A DNA stretch of 64,000 bases. Source: Octopus vulgaris. Lineage: Eukaryota. The notes beneath the pieces are model-generated. The model worked only from the letters and a program-made list of their open reading frames with translations. It had not been told where the DNA came from and did no database searches. The number at the start of each line of letters is the position of its first letter. Position 1 is the stretch's first letter. Made by a program: the position numbers and the translations under genes. Below are positions 1-14,612 of this stretch, in pieces. The stretch spans positions 56,854,001 to 56,918,000 of the forward strand of contig OX597822.1 of NCBI GenBank assembly GCA_951406725.2, given 5' to 3'.

Positions 1-1447
1 CAGATGACAACGCCACCTACACAAACTTTTGACCTCATGTCAAGTAAGAAACCAGTAGTATTCAACTACCCAAATTCTAATCCAAGCAATTATTTTTCGA
101 AGTTCATTGTGACTGTCACATCTCTTACGGCATATCAAAATATTTAACAGTTTGAGTGGGTTGATAAATATAATGAGGTTGTGATATGTATAGATGTGAT
201 AATACGTATATGTACATTATGCATATCTGTGTTGTGTGCTTTATAAATAATGCATATATGTCTATGTTGTGCATATAATTATGTTATTCAGGATTTTGTG
301 TATATGTGTGTGTGTATGTTATACACATATTGTGTTTATGTATGTGTGTTTTGTATATATATATACGTTGTATAAAAGTGCTGAAGTAAGAATAACCAAA
401 GTCGGATTGAAACAGAATTTCCAGTTGCATTAGTTTTATCTATAAATTGAAGCACACAATAGCCGCTGCATGTACTGTTGGGGCTTGAACTATTTCTATT
501 GTCGTTATAATAACATGGTATGCGCAGAATGGCCGAATGTTTAAGAAGTTCTCTTCGCATACATGAGGTTCCGAAAACAATCCCACTGAGTCGCGTCTGG
601 AGCCAATGTAATTTTTTATAACCTCTAGTCGACCCATATCGTGTGAGTGGAATTAGATTGACGGAGGCTGTTACAATTGAGTGGATTGTACTCGTAATTC
701 AAAAGATATGACCTTGTTACACCGTATCTCGCTGGTTTTAGCTGAGAATTACGTTAATGGTACACTTGTCTGAGGAATGTTCGGGCAAGTATACCTTAAT
801 TCCGGAGCAGGTAATCCAGTAGATTGAACGACTGAATCCTTATCGGCAAACGACGGTGATTCACCACTGCCACTTCTAACACATCCAAAGTAAGTTCAAA
901 TCTCGCTACGGTCAATTTTGCCGTACATTCCTTCAGGGTCAGTAAAATAGAGCATGGAACAAGTACTAAAATAGTCTAACCTATTCTTACAAGGCTGCTG
1001 GTCTTGTGCCTAAATAAGTAATTATTTTTTTCCACCCAGCAACAATGAATTACCACAAACTTACGATTCCAATGGTACAACGTTTGTCATATGTTGCAGA
1101 TGTAGGTTCGAGTCTCACGAGCAGTTTTTTATGACAAAGATGTCTTCTAAAACAACATGCAGACTTTCTACCAGGCTTTTTTTTTTAATATTTTGCTTCA
1201 GGAATGTTTCGACAAACTTTTCATTCTTCAGGTTCAAGTGAAATCAATATTTTTACTCTTGCCTCTGAAAAGACCTTCGGCCATGACGTCTAGTACAAGT
1301 ACCTCCTTGAAAACATTGCCTATGTTTGGGATCCATCTATCTCCCATCACTTGGATTGTAAGTTTTTTGTCACACGGCTTCATCACGTACTGATAACGCT
1401 TTCTTTCTTTCTTTATTTTTCTTTCTCTCTTTCTCTTTCTCTCTCCC

Positions 1448-1494
<47 letters not shown>

Positions 1495-3876
1495 ACTGCA
1501 CTCTACACTCTACACTCTACTAGTCCTGATGTGTCTCCTCGTTCCATATGACTCCTTACTCTTAATTATAATCACACACATTCCTTTCTAAATGTTACTA
1601 CTTTTCACTATGTCTACCACACACAGCCTACACCAAAAACAAGTGAAATTTTACATGGCTGGTAGACCTGTAAGAAATAACAGCCAAATATCCCTTAAAG
1701 CACACTCTGTCAGCTTAAAAAGAAAAGACTACATTCGCTAATGTAGTTTTGAAAAACCGTATGTTCATGGTTGAAACATTTTTGAGGATAGCTCTGTTCA
1801 GTCAGGACTCACCTGAAGTTACACGCACACGCGGACATTCAATCCATTCCATTACTCATTCTATTACGACCAATAGAAACGTCTATGAAACGAGGAAACC
1901 ACCAAGCAGTCTCACGATCTGCTAGAAATAACAGCAAAATCTCTCTCAAATCACACACACACTGTCATCTTAAAGAAAGAGTATGTTTTTTTTTAATGCT
2001 GTTCCCGATACTCTTTTAAGAAAATGGGATGATGAAGATTGTGTTGATTATAGGTCTGCTCAATGCGAATTAATCTGGAAATAAACATCAACCATAGAAT
2101 AATCAAGAAAATGAATTCGTAAGAACACAAACATGTTTTGAAGTATTACGTTTAACATTTTCAAGGATTTATATTCGAGGGGTTGCAATTGCTGTACTGC
2201 AATATGCTGTCCAATTGAAAATAAATGTTTTGTATTCAGTTTCACTTAATCCTTTGTAAACCTGCCATTATGATTTAGCGAGCGCGATTTCGTTTGACTC
2301 TACCCTCGAAAGACGCATAGGCGAGCGATAACATACTTTTGTGCGTATGAGTCGCTAATTTGCAGAATCATCGTTATTTTAGCTGTCTTCCAGGTGTATT
2401 CACAAGCAAAATTGTGCCTGCTAAAGCGTAATCGCAAAACCAAATTATTAAAGAACAGAACAAAACACCAACTCAACTTATTGAAATGTTAATTCGTCTT
2501 TAGTTATTAGTTGTTTTGTTTTTTTAATTGTAATCAGGTAAAATCAGAATACTATTTTGAATCTAACTGGAACTGATTAGAATCTCAGTTTATGAAAAAC
2601 ATTGATGAAAATGAAAAAGATACTTTCTATATATTTTAATATGTGTATTTTAGTATATCTAAACATGTAGAACAACATAGCTTCTTGTTTATCTTTAATT
2701 AATTATATTTAAGATACAAAGTATTCTCCAATATTGGTAAACTAATATCCGCTACAATAAATAATAGATTGGTTGCTGTCTTTGTTCTTGTTGTTGAAAT
2801 TCGGATCAAATAAATTCTAGCCTAATTTTATAGATATAACATATCTAATATTCCAATAACCAACATGTCCTTCGCTTGTTTCACACAGTAGGATGTGACA
2901 TGACGAAGATTTGAATGCTATTTCTAACAAATCGATCGATCTGGTAGAGATGTCTATGCTGATTAGCTTCCGTTATTGATACATTTACTAGTTTTTGGTA
3001 AGTAAACTGCTAGCACTATACCAGACACCACAGGTAACCTGAATTAATATTTCTAAGCAGGCTTGCATTTTCTTAAACAATCAATCAATTCGTCTGCGCG
3101 TATGTTTTTATATCAAGCGGCCGGTAATCTTGATCGATTGCATAACTTATATTCTCAAAGTTCGCATTAATAAATTTTAGGTTGTTCTGAAAGGTTCAAT
3201 ACCACGTGATCCGAGATCTGTCCTATCTTCTTTTTGTTTCGGTCTGTCTCAATTCTACCTTTGAATAATGATGGTCTAGCAGTAGAAGACGTGGTCAGAT
3301 AGTCTCATTCATCTTTCCACATCCCTATCTTCGCGACGACGCGCTTTGCAAGACTTCGTCGTTTCTGATATGATCGGGTACGAAATTGTCGATATATTTC
3401 TCAAGAACTCTCTGTGAAAGGCAATCAAAGTTTCAGTGATTTTTCGTTCTTTCTTTCCACGTTTCTCTGTTCCTAGCAATCAATATACAGGTATGTCTTA
3501 ATGCGTTGACTGTTGGCAGTCAGTATATAGGTGTCTTGATGCTCCTTGTTTCCTAATTCATCAAAATATTAATAGACATTTTGGTAAAATAATCACGTAT
3601 TACATACTCTAAAATTAGAGAAACACCGGTAGGAATTAAGGAAATGTTTAAAGAACAACAAAAATTCATATGAATATCTAACAGTTAAAAACTGATCTAA
3701 TGAAAGCCAATTAGTTGCCGTAAATTTTGTCAACTCAAGTTCTATTGTATGACGAATAAAAATAGATATCACCGTTTCCAAAACAATCCATTTTCGTTAC
3801 ATACATATTTACACAATTTACACACACACACATGTTCATGTGTGTTTGAGCATACATTTGCACACACATATATTAT

Positions 3877-3877
<1 letters not shown>

Positions 3878-3950
<73 letters not shown>
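3878..3950. repeat. (TAG)n microsatellite
   Basis: Perfect AGT run; produces the poly-S/poly-Y junk ORFs. Confidence 0.95.
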
Positions 3951-4990
3951 ATGACGCTGGTGTGGTGGTAACATTAGTGCTCGTATAAACTGCACGAGCT
4001 CTTTGTGATACCCTCCCCCAACACTAGGATATGTAAAGCACCATCTACGATTATTCGATGACCCATGCTGGTGACAGATGGAGCATTTGTGGTGGTTCTT
4101 GTAACTGGCAAGTTTCAAGGTATTTCACCACGAACGACTGATTTTTCGCTACAACAACGTTATTGTGAACGACGTAAAGAGTCGTGCTGGAGAAGCTCCT
4201 GATTCGTGAATAATCCCAACACACAAGTGTGCAACATTTGTTGGCAGTATTGTCTTTTATGTTCCTTTTAGCTCGATAAAAGTCAGTAATAACACCAACG
4301 AAAAATCTGATTGCAAGACCAGATGAAGAGTCGAACGTCATTTTGGTTTCGTTGCGTCACTTAACAACGAAGTCCAAATCGATACAGATGCCCATATGAC
4401 CCTTTTCCATGCTGCCAGTACTGGACAAAGCATGAGTCCAATTATGAGTGAGTTTTTGAAATCAACCTCTCTAGTGGCACTGTTTCCTTTTGCTCAGCCG
4501 AGAAAAACTCCTTGACGATCCATATTTAGTTTCATTCCTGAGCTGTTTCACCACTGCTCAGAGATCGCCACTAGTCAAATACCCTTGGGCATGTTCTGTG
4601 GGTAGAATGCTGTAGATGGAATACGTAGGAAAAAATCTGAATTATCGTTGGATATGCATTTCCTGAAAAAGGCAGCCCTTTATGCGATTTCACTTGCAAC
4701 TTAACTAGTATAAACAAGACTCCACCTACCTCAAAACAGAGTAGAACTAACAAAACAAACGTCATTTGAGTTAAACTTATATGTCATCACGAAAATAATT
4801 AGATATTTCCCAGAAGTAATATGTTGTCAATTCCCGTCCTCACATAAATACTACACCAATTCCAGTTCACACAACATTCATGTCAGGTATTCGTGAAGGT
4901 ATATCATTAGTTCTCAGATAAAACACATTAACAGCAAACGCATCCCTACATAGCATAAGCAAAGCTTGAAATAACTCCAAGCTTACATGA

Positions 4991-4993
<3 letters not shown>

Positions 4994-5040
<47 letters not shown>

Positions 5041-5226
5041 GTTTGTGTATAGGTATGTATATATGGCTTTATATATATATACGCATGTATGTATGTATGT
5101 ATGTATGTATGTATGTGTGTGTGTGCGTGCGCGCGTATGTATGTGTGCATGCATGTATATGTGTGTGTCTCAGTGTGTCAGTGTGTATGACTCTGTGTGT
5201 ATGTGTGTGTGTGTGTGTGTGTGTGT
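4994..5226. repeat. Compound (TA)n/(TATG)n/(TG)n microsatellite
   Basis: Directly visible. Confidence 0.9.
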
Positions 5227-6564
5227 AACTGAAGTTTTTCTCGTTATATATTCGCCTATTCCGTTGTAGCAGATTATTTGTTATTTATATTAACAAATCA
5301 CATCGATTATTTTCATTACATCCCAACAAAAGCGCTATATCCTAATTTGATAGCTGTGCCGTTATCTTCCCATAACATTGTCATTGACTTAGAATTAAGA
5401 TCACTACTACTTCTGTTTGGTTCCGAATCTCCAGAATAACTTCAACTCAGTAAATCTTTAAAAAAAATAACTATAGTTAGCAACGAAAATGTCGTGCATG
5501 TGCCTTCAAAATCTAGCAAGTTGCCTGATTAAACATAAGTTTTTCCGTTTCTATAACCATTAAGAAAATTCACTTGCTGCCAAGTACAAATAACAAATGA
5601 CTACACGTACCGCCCAGAAGAATGCTTCTAACTTGCTTAAGCACCTTTCCTGCAAATGGAATGTATTTACTATCATAACTAAATTTAATCTCTTGTAAAT
5701 TATCTCTTTTCAAACGTGCATGCAACATATAAAGTAGATATATAAACAGAACTAATTTAACTGTCTTAATAGATTGAAAATTTAATGAGCACATCCGACA
5801 TAAACCCTACAATATTTTGGTCGAAATATATTTTCAATTGATTTTCACACACTAGATCCATTATGATACATGTTCCATGATCCACTAGCTTTAAATCTAA
5901 ATTGCTTTACAGTGTAAAGAAATCATACACATGCATTGTTTAATTGTCTCCTTGTCCTTCAGTTTTACTAAAACTTGTATGCAAGACCTAACGTGTTTAC
6001 ATCAGCATTACTCCCAGAACTTCGTTATGCTGGAATAGCAATGATTAACAAAAACTATTCTAACCGCCTTTTCAGATTCGTTAACAAAGACTTCAACTTG
6101 TAAATTAGTAATTCACCTTGCTCCAGCCATAAGCCTACACGTGTATATTGTTTTGTGTAACTTATAAACCCGAAGTAATTTTCGAATGCATCGATTACTT
6201 TCCTTTATATTATTTCTACGTAACTCTCCTATTTCAAGCACCAATCTATCTAAAAGTGTTTCAACATTCTCTCGAACCATTTTATGTGGTGAATTACCAC
6301 AGAAATTATAACAATTTTATTCTTAGTACTCTAGCCAACATCATCAGCTAATCGTGCCTCCGTAAAATCACAAAATAGCCGGATGCTATATCTACTGGCG
6401 TTATAACATACTTTTCATGTATTTCATTCAAGTCTTTTCTTACATTTACGACGAACTGTTAAATACATTAAAAATATCATTTCTTGGTTTTACTTCATTT
6501 TTATACATTATACGACTCTGTGTCCTGTAAAAGCGAGCCAATCCTAAATCCATTCCCACAGATA

Positions 6565-6725
6565 GGCACAGGCGCGGATACGTAGTTAGAAGCTTGTTCC
6601 CCAACCACATAGTACTGGGTTCAGTCTCACTGCGCGGCAACTTAGGCAGGTGTCTTCAACAATAGCTTCTGGCCGACCAAAGCTTTGTGAGTGGCTTTCT
6701 TTGACGGAAACTGAAAGAAGACCGT

Positions 6726-6758
<33 letters not shown>

Positions 6759-6955
6759 CTATATTTGTTCTCTTACCACTGGTGTTGGTATGTTTATGTC
6801 CCTGTAACTTCGCGGTTCAGTAGAAATGAACGATAGAATAAGTAATAAGCTTTAAAAGAAATAAGTCCTGGGGTCGATTTATTCTGCTAAAACCCTTCAA
6901 GGCCGTACCTCAGTATGGCCACAGGGAAATGACTGAAACAAGTAAAAGAAAAAGA
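6565..6955 (+). mobile_element. tRNA-derived SINE, family A (diverged copy)
   Basis: Head ...GGGTTCAGTCTCACTGCG, body GACCAAAGCTTTGTGAGTGG...GACGGAAACTGAAAGAAG, internal (TG)n and tail AAATGACTGAAACAAGTAAAAGA; homologous to 14160-14612, 39237-39646, 54662-55052 and 60595-61025. Confidence 0.85.
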
Positions 6956-7084
6956 TATAACAAGAATTTGGGTTGATTTCTTCTATTCGATTCGAGTCGG
7001 AAATTTTGATAACATGCATCGCTTCTTAGCATGACACGAATTATATACATGCATATATATGTGAATATATATATACATATACAT

Positions 7085-10000
7085 ATGATGATGATGGCCG
7101 TGCACTCATGACCGAGGAAAATCCTTACTGACCTTTCAGAACATTGTGCACTCAAGACTGCCTTATACTTTACAATTGCAGCTCAGTTAGAGACTAACGA
7201 GCCCTGCTTTTGACAAACATACACGACCGCAAACATTGCAGGCCAATTTTTCCCCATTAATTACACTAGCAGTGCATTTTCGAGCAGCACACTTAAATTC
7301 TTCATGAAGAGTACGTGCTCTTTCTAAGGTATCAACTCCCTCCTTTACATATTTCCTCCATCCATGGCGATGCCAAGCATTGCTCTCCCGGTCAGCCACT
7401 CGCATTTCACAGGCCTTTAATGAGGACTTTACACAGTCCTTAAATCAAAGTCTTGGCTTCTTCCGGGTCGCTTTCAACTAACAAGTTCCCCATATAGCGT
7501 CTGTTTAGGGATCCTGCTATTATTCATTCTATCAAGGTGTCCAGTCCAATGTAACCGCTTTTTGTGCACCATCGCCTCAATACTCAGGATATCGGTTTTC
7601 CTCAGGACCTGTGTATCTGGAGGTTTTAAGGTCCAGCCAACATTCAGAATGTGTTTCAAACATCTCTGATGGAAGCGTTCAAGAACTTCTACATGACATT
7701 TGTAAAGGGTCCATGTCTCACACATGTAAATGAGCGATGTCAGTGCACATGCACACTACATAGTAATTTTTGTTCGCCTTGTGATGCCACCAGACACAGA
7801 ACTCTCTGCAGACTGAAACATATTTCATCATCCAGGGAGCAAGAAAGGCTGAGTGTGCTGTTCAGGTAGACAACTTTGTCTACTACTTTCAGTATCGTTC
7901 CTTCAACCAAAATAGCTGGTTCCGCATATGGGTCTCCTGATGCCGGCTGGAACATTACAATAGTCTCATCCAGGCTGATGCCTTACAAGAAGCAGAATGA
8001 TTCACAAGTATTTGCATCTCATCTACTGCATGAGTGACTAAGTCATAATCATCTGCACAAAGGAGGTCACGAATAAGAGACTGAAAAACCTTTGAATTGG
8101 CTGCAAATCGACGCGGGTGAAAAAGACGGCCTGAAGATCGATACCTAACCTGTATCCCAGGAGAGCTATCCACAGCAAAAGCACGAGAAAGAGTAGCAGC
8201 AAACTGCACAGAAAAGAGAGTTGGGGCAAGGATGTCTCACTGCTTGACACCATTCTCTACAAGAATGGGTCCCACCATACCACCGCCAACATTGATCCAA
8301 GCTTCAATCCCATCCTGAAATGATTTGATTATTGATGCAAAGTGATCCAGATATCCAAGTTTACCAAGTATTTTCCCTATGATGACTCTATTCACAGTAT
8401 CAAAGGCTTTGGTTAAATCAATGAATACCCTGACAAGATCCATATTCTGCTCATAGCATTTCTCCTGCATCTGTCTCGCTGTGAAAAGTATATCCATCGT
8501 TCCTGTTCCAGATCGGAAACCACATTGAGATTCAGTTTGGACATCATTTACAAGACACCTATTCAGGCGGATAAGAAGAATACTTGCCAGAACCTTGCCA
8601 GCAGCTGATAGTAGAGCAATACCTCTGTAGTAGCCAACCTCTACTCTGGCTCTCTTTCCTTTATAGAGAGGAAGAATAATTGCATATTTCCAGTCGCTAG
8701 GCATTGCTCCATCTTTCCAGATTACACTCATAAGTTCATAAAAGGAATAAGTTCACCAAACCACAGGAGCTCAGCACAAATACCATTCCTACGAGGTGCC
8801 TTACAAAGATTCATTTTACTTATTGCTGGCATTACCTCATCCATTGAGGGCATGGAATTTAAAGAGTCAATGACAGGCCTCAGTTGCATAGTGTCAGTCA
8901 CTACTTCGTTCACAATTGACTCACGGTTTAGGAGTTCAGAAAAATGTTCAATCCAGTGACCCGAATTTTCTGTTGATTTAGTAAACAGAGTAGATGATTC
9001 ATTGGCAAGCGAAGGAGCTGCTGCAGAGCTCTAAGGCCCATAAACCTGCTTCATAAGATGGTAAAGTGTCTGCTGTCATTTGCATCAGTAGCAGCTTGAA
9101 CATCACGAACAAGATCCTCCCGCCAGGTATTCTATATCATGCTGAGAGATCGCTGCAGTAGTGATTTTACACTGCTATAGTGGACAAGTGCTAGATTTCG
9201 TTGCACAACTGAAAGTCCTCTGGGCATGGCGCTTCACGACCATCAGTCGTTGAACTTCAGCATCATTTTCCTCAAACCAGTCTCTGGGTCTTGCAATAGC
9301 ATATCCCAGTCTTTCAGCAGCACATTGAAAAACATGGTCTCGAAAATCTTCCCACGCTGTAGTATTTTTAATGCTGGATAAACGATTCTCAATCTCTTTC
9401 TTCACCACAGCATCATATATCTTATGGACATTCAGAGGTCGAGGAATGCCAACTGACCCTCTACTTTCTTTCATTCTGATCATCATCCGGAACTTTTCTC
9501 GTACCACGCTGTGGTCTGTCCAGCTCTCCGAACCATGAAAGGAATTGACATTACAAATGTCATAGATGTCACGCTTGCGAATGATGACATAATCCAGCAA
9601 GCGCCAAAATTTAGGCCTTGGGTGCATCTACGTTGTTATGTTATTACCTCTGTGCATAAAATGAGTGCTTACGATGTAAAGTCCGTATTCTTCGCAAAGC
9701 TCGAGAAGTATGAAACCATTGCTATTCATCTTCTCTATACCAAAACGTCCACATCTGATGACTTTATCATGATTGGGGATTTTCCTAAGCGTGGCTCTCT
9801 GCTGGGTTAGAAAATAGTTTTATCTTCATCACAAATGGTCAAAGTAGGTGCATAGGCACTTATAAAATTAGCAAACCGCCCACCATTCAGGTGCAAACGT
9901 AGAGTCATTAGACGATCATTTATAGGAACAGGAAGTTCCTCCAACTTCTTAAGGATTTCAGATCGAACTGCAAAGCAAACAACCAGCTTCTCTGCACTCC

Positions 10001-10520
10001 TTCTTCAATTTCCCTTCCAACAAATGGTGTATCCACTTTCTACTTCCTAAAACAGACCATCACCTTCTACACGAGTCTCCGAAAGTGCTGCGATATCAGT
10101 GTTATAACGCGTGCAACAGGTGTAGCGCGTCGTTCAGGCTTACAGTCACTCTTGTTATCCACCAGAGTGTGCATATTCCAACATGAAATATTCAAGTTCT
10201 AACCAGATTTTATAAGTATTCTCTTTGCTTTTTGAATGTAGGATAGACATCCATCAGTCGCGCTTAAGTGACCAAATAGAGAAAGACAAGCAATTTTTGG
10301 TTCACCTTTTCTAGAAACTCCCGGCCTCTGGGTGAGCAGTGTCCTCCCCAAATGGAGCTGTTCAGACACCCATGCAGCAAACGAATCCCATCGCTGTCTT
10401 GGGAGGCAAGGAGACGACCTTATATCCACTATGGGCCGCCTACGTGCAGATGGCAGACTACATGCTTCCAACTCGTCAGTTCTGCATGCTTCCCCACCTT
10501 CCCATCGCTACAGGACTTCC
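7085..10520 (-). mobile_element. RTE-clade LINE, near full length, decayed (APE endonuclease + RT)
   Basis: Minus-strand fragments: APE start (ISCWNMHTL, IAALSETR, ISAYAPTL, LLDYVIIRKRD, WTDHSVV); RT (YRGIALLSAAGKVLA, ESQCGFR, FIDLTKAFDTVNR, GVKQ, DLLCADD); C-terminus (CETWTLY, LHWTGHL, RIPKQTLYGEL, CNVCGRVCLSKAGLVS); (CAT)n 3' tail at ~7085; many stops and frameshifts. Confidence 0.93.
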
Positions 10521-10655
10521 GAATAAAATATATATAAACAGAAAGGCGGGGAGCAATGCGCATGTAAAGGAAGAAGTCAGCAATGCCTGTGCAAAGGTTT
10601 AGGTCCAATAAGGCTTGTACGACACCTCATAAACCCTCACAAGTGATCTGACATG

Positions 10656-10698
<43 letters not shown>

Positions 10699-11574
10699 CA
10701 TACATGCATATATACATCTACATACACATGCATACATACATATACATATATACAAGCATACACACATATATACACATACATACATGCATACATACATACA
10801 TACATACATACATACATACATACATACATACATACATACATACATACATACGGAGATTATGATAATAGCAATAAAAATATAAACCAATAATAAATATAAA
10901 TTATTTGGCAAGTAATTATATAAACAATTTTTATCTAAATAACATAAACAAGATTTCTCTTTCTGATGAGGAGTTCGAGGATTTCTTCGTGTTTTGAGAA
11001 ATGATGGAGTTAGATAGGAAGCCATTGTAGGTGGTTTTATCAAGATTATACTGATAGAAAAAAAGTCTTTATCCGTGTAAGCTTCTATTGATTTAAATCT
11101 CTTTGATGCCTTTAATTATGTTATTCAAGTTTAGGTGGTTTTAGTTCCTGAAGTGTACGTATTTTATCAGATTAAACAAGATCGTCTGTAAATAACCGCA
11201 AAGTATTTCTTGACCTATGGGTTTCGTAAGTTAGAAATCCTAAACTGTTGTTTCTCATTGTTCTCAGTTTAGCTATCAAAGTCTAAAGCGAGCCATTTCT
11301 ATCTATTCACTACAATAGACACTTGAGGAAAATATAGGTACGTATATATCGATTTCTTGTTAGGGATAAACATATATAAATGCACAGGCGTGTGTGTATG
11401 CGTGTGTATATACACACACATACATAATCTTTTATTTCATTGAGCTCTTAAATCTCGTTAATATCTATTTCTATCGCAAATGTTATAACGGATTCTTTTG
11501 ATTTAAATCATTAATATTTAATTGTTTCCCCTGAATGAACGGAATTGTTTATACACACACACATACACACGCAC

Positions 11575-11629
<55 letters not shown>

Positions 11630-11631
<2 letters not shown>

Positions 11632-12370
11632 TGAGAAACTTGGTGTGTGAAAGCACGTGGTTGAATATATAGAAAATAGTTAAAAGGGAAAAAACTACAG
11701 AAGGCTTGTTTTAAAAGGTTAAAAAATATATATTTGAGTCATTATGTCAGAAGAATGTTATAAATATTTTTCATACAGTGACATAGTTTTTGAAGAAATT
11801 ACCGGTTTCGTGTTTAACAAAAGATAAACGCGTGTGTGAGTGTATTCGTGCATGCATGCAGAGAACTACATAACGTCTTTAGTTCGGATAACAGTAGTTT
11901 GATCAGTCCAATACAGAAATAGTTCTATTTTACGATATTAATCGTGAATTAGATAGTCAAGCGGTGTATTAAAGAAGGGTATTTCGAAGTAAAGAAGAAT
12001 CTGTGAGGCCTCAGAAAGTTTCTGTGAAGGGAAAAATGACAATTTAAAAGGAAGTTATTAAACGTTGGTGTTAAACTGTTAGAATAGCGTCAAATTTTAT
12101 GGATATGAAACTATATTGTGGCAAGACAGAATTGAAAAAGTCTTGGAGATAAATGAAAAATTGCAAGAAGTAGCCAAGGATTTCAAAAGACCACAAATTT
12201 CAAGGGAAATTATGAGCCTAGCAACAAGACGAAGTTTGACCATCAGATCATGGCGATAGAAAATTCGGTTTGTTATAACAATTATATTTGAGGCACACGC
12301 AACACAATTTGAGACGTGGGAGTAAGATTTGAATATGAAGGAGCTAGAGTACCGTATAGCGAGTGGGTGA
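11630..12370 (-). mobile_element. Possible highly decayed Penelope-like 3' remnant
   Basis: Weak GIY-YIG-like residues in ORF 12097-12408 (-), GAAACCGGTA hammerhead half-motif at ~11800-11809 (-), ends at (TA)n. Confidence 0.35.
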
Positions 12371-13124
12371 GGAGAGGCACTTTTAGCGACAAGGAGATTA
12401 AAGCCCACTTCTGTTTAGATCATTTAAATGACCCTAAATACAGTCAAACATTTACCCGTCTATTCCAGTGTAGGGATCCATCAGAATGTCCCCACCACCA
12501 CCACCACTTTATTTTCAAAAACTCAGAGAGCTTCGTGCCATACAAGCAAGTGATGACTAGCCTTGAAAAGAACTCGGGGAACTGAATCTCTGGAATGAGT
12601 TTCGAAAACATGGTTGTGAGCAAATTCGTCGAAAATTACCTCAAGCGTATACTGAAGAAGTGATAAATATGAACTACTTATTAAATAATGATATCAAATT
12701 TATGCCTAGTTGGAAGAAAAACTTGATATTAGCTACACGATCTACAAAATTCTATAATGCATTTATTCGGATATATATATATAGACAAACATACATACAT
12801 ACATACATACATACATACATACATACATACATACATACATACATACATACATACATACATACGCGTGTGTGCGTGTATGTGTTTGTAATATATATAAGTA
12901 CCATATTCATTTGAATCTAATTTTTTGCTGAACTCATCTACCATACTCAATACATACATATATATATACATATATATATATTCTATACCTAACAGGTAAT
13001 CGATATGTACATACCAATATCTAACATAAACATTCTTCAAGCACGTATTGTAACAAATGAATAATTTCATAAAATACTGCGTTAGCGAGCTTTGTACTTT
13101 CATAAGTACAAAGCTCTACTCCTG

Positions 13125-13868
13125 CAACTCAACTTGATTTCGAGCCGGGTCGTCTGCTGCTGGAGAGGACCGATCAGGTAAAGGACCTGGGTATCTTGGT
13201 GGATTCCTCCTTTTCGCCTTCGGCCCAGTGCGTCCATGCTGCCAACAAAGCGCGCGGAATTCTGTTTTTGATTCGACGGTCATTCGGAATGCTCACAGCA
13301 GCCATATTCCTGCCACTCTATGTCACGCTGGTGAGACCCATATTGGAGTATGGGATTCAAGCCTCTTCTCCTTATCTCCTCAAAGACATACAGCACCTCG
13401 AAAGAGTCCAGAGGCTGGCTACCCGCATGGTTCATGGTCTCAAAAATTTGTCCTACGAAGAAAGGCTGAGGACGCTCGACCTTTATTCTCTTGAAAAACG
13501 CCGCCGCCGTGGTGATCTCATTCTCGCCCACAACATCATAAGCGGGAAGTGTAACCTCTCGAAAGAGCTGTTCTTCACTCCTGCTCCGGAGCGTCGGCTG
13601 CGGGGTCATTCCGAAAAGCTCTACCTGCGACGATTTCATCTCAATCGAAGGAGAGGAGCTTTCTCCGTCCGGGTTGCGGATCCGTGGAACAAGCTGCCAG
13701 ACGAGATGGTGAAGATGCCGACGACCGCTTTGTTCAAAGCCTCCCTGGACCTCAAGTGGCCTGAACTCTTTACATGAACACCACCCTGTACTTAACTCCA
13801 TGTCCCCCTACATGGCCTTGCTATTTGCTTTTGAGCCAAATTAACTAACTAACTAACTAACTAACTAA
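13125..13868 (+). mobile_element. 5'-truncated CR1-group LINE, young, (CTAA)n tail
   Basis: GC-rich uninterrupted ORF2 C-terminus, then a short 3' UTR and AACT repeats at ~13843-13868. Confidence 0.9.
13196..13777 (+). CDS. CR1-type ORF2 (RT) C-terminal fragment
   Basis: KDLGILVD, LYVTLVRPILEY, LERVQRLATR, LSYEERL..L.LYSLEKRR.RGDLI, LRGH, FSVRV...WNKLP motifs. Confidence 0.9.
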   Translation: MVDSSFSPSAQCVHAANKARGILFLIRRSFGMLTAAIFLPLYVTLVRPILEYGIQASSPYLLKDIQHLERVQRLATRMVHGLKNLSYEERLRTLDLYSLEKRRRRGDLILAHNIISGKCNLSKELFFTPAPERRLRGHSEKLYLRRFHLNRRRGAFSVRVADPWNKLPDEMVKMPTTALFKASLDLKWPELFT

Positions 13869-14159
13869 CATAACTAAACAGAGAACAATGAGAGTAACAA
13901 CAATTTAGGATTTCGAACTTACAAAACCCACCGACAAACATATGCCTAAAGCCATTTAAAGAACATCATTTTTGTCTAATACAAATTATACACACTCCAA
14001 GAAGTACAGCCATTTCTGCTTCTCTGAGCTAAACACCATAATTAACGGTATCAAAAACAAATGACTTAAAATCAACAAAGTTTATAATCCTGATACATCG
14101 ATTCTTTATTTAATTCCCTCACGAGTACAAACACAAGGTTTTCTGGAAATTCATCGCAA

Positions 14160-14320
14160 GGCGTAGGAGTGGTTGTGTGGTAAGTAGCTTGCTTACCAAC
14201 CACATGGTTCCGGGTTCAGTCCCACTGCGTGGCACCTTGGGCAGGTGTCTTCTGCTATAGCATCGGGCCCACCAAAGCCTTGTGAGTGTATTTGATAGAC
14301 GGAAACTGAAGGAAACCCGT

Positions 14321-14358
<38 letters not shown>

Positions 14359-14367
14359 TGTGTGTGT

Positions 14368-14408
<41 letters not shown>

Positions 14409-14612
14409 TGTATCTGTGTTTGTCCCCCATCATCGCTTGACAACCGATGCTGCTGTGTTTACGTCCCCGTAAGCTAGCGGTTCGGCAAAAGACACCGATA
14501 GAATAAGTACTAGGCTTACAAAGAAAAAGTCCAGGGGTCGATTTGCTCGACTAAAGGCGGTACTCCAGCATGGTCACAGTCAAATGACTGGAACAAGTAA
14601 AAGAGTAAGAGT
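14160..14612 (+). mobile_element. tRNA-derived SINE, family A
   Basis: GGCGTAGGAGTGGTTGTGTGGTAAG head, GGGTTCAGTCCC B-box-like motif, internal (TA)n(TG)n, AAAAGAGTAAGAG tail. Confidence 0.9.

Noticed and set aside
1232-1357. 126-bp segment with good splice acceptor and donor, open in one frame
   Set aside because: The peptide is unrecognisable, another frame reads LENIAYVWDP like a decayed LINE RT, and no partner exons were found
3960-4770. Moderately GC-rich unique sequence with short ORFs
   Set aside because: No recognisable motifs or consistent frame; could be an old TE
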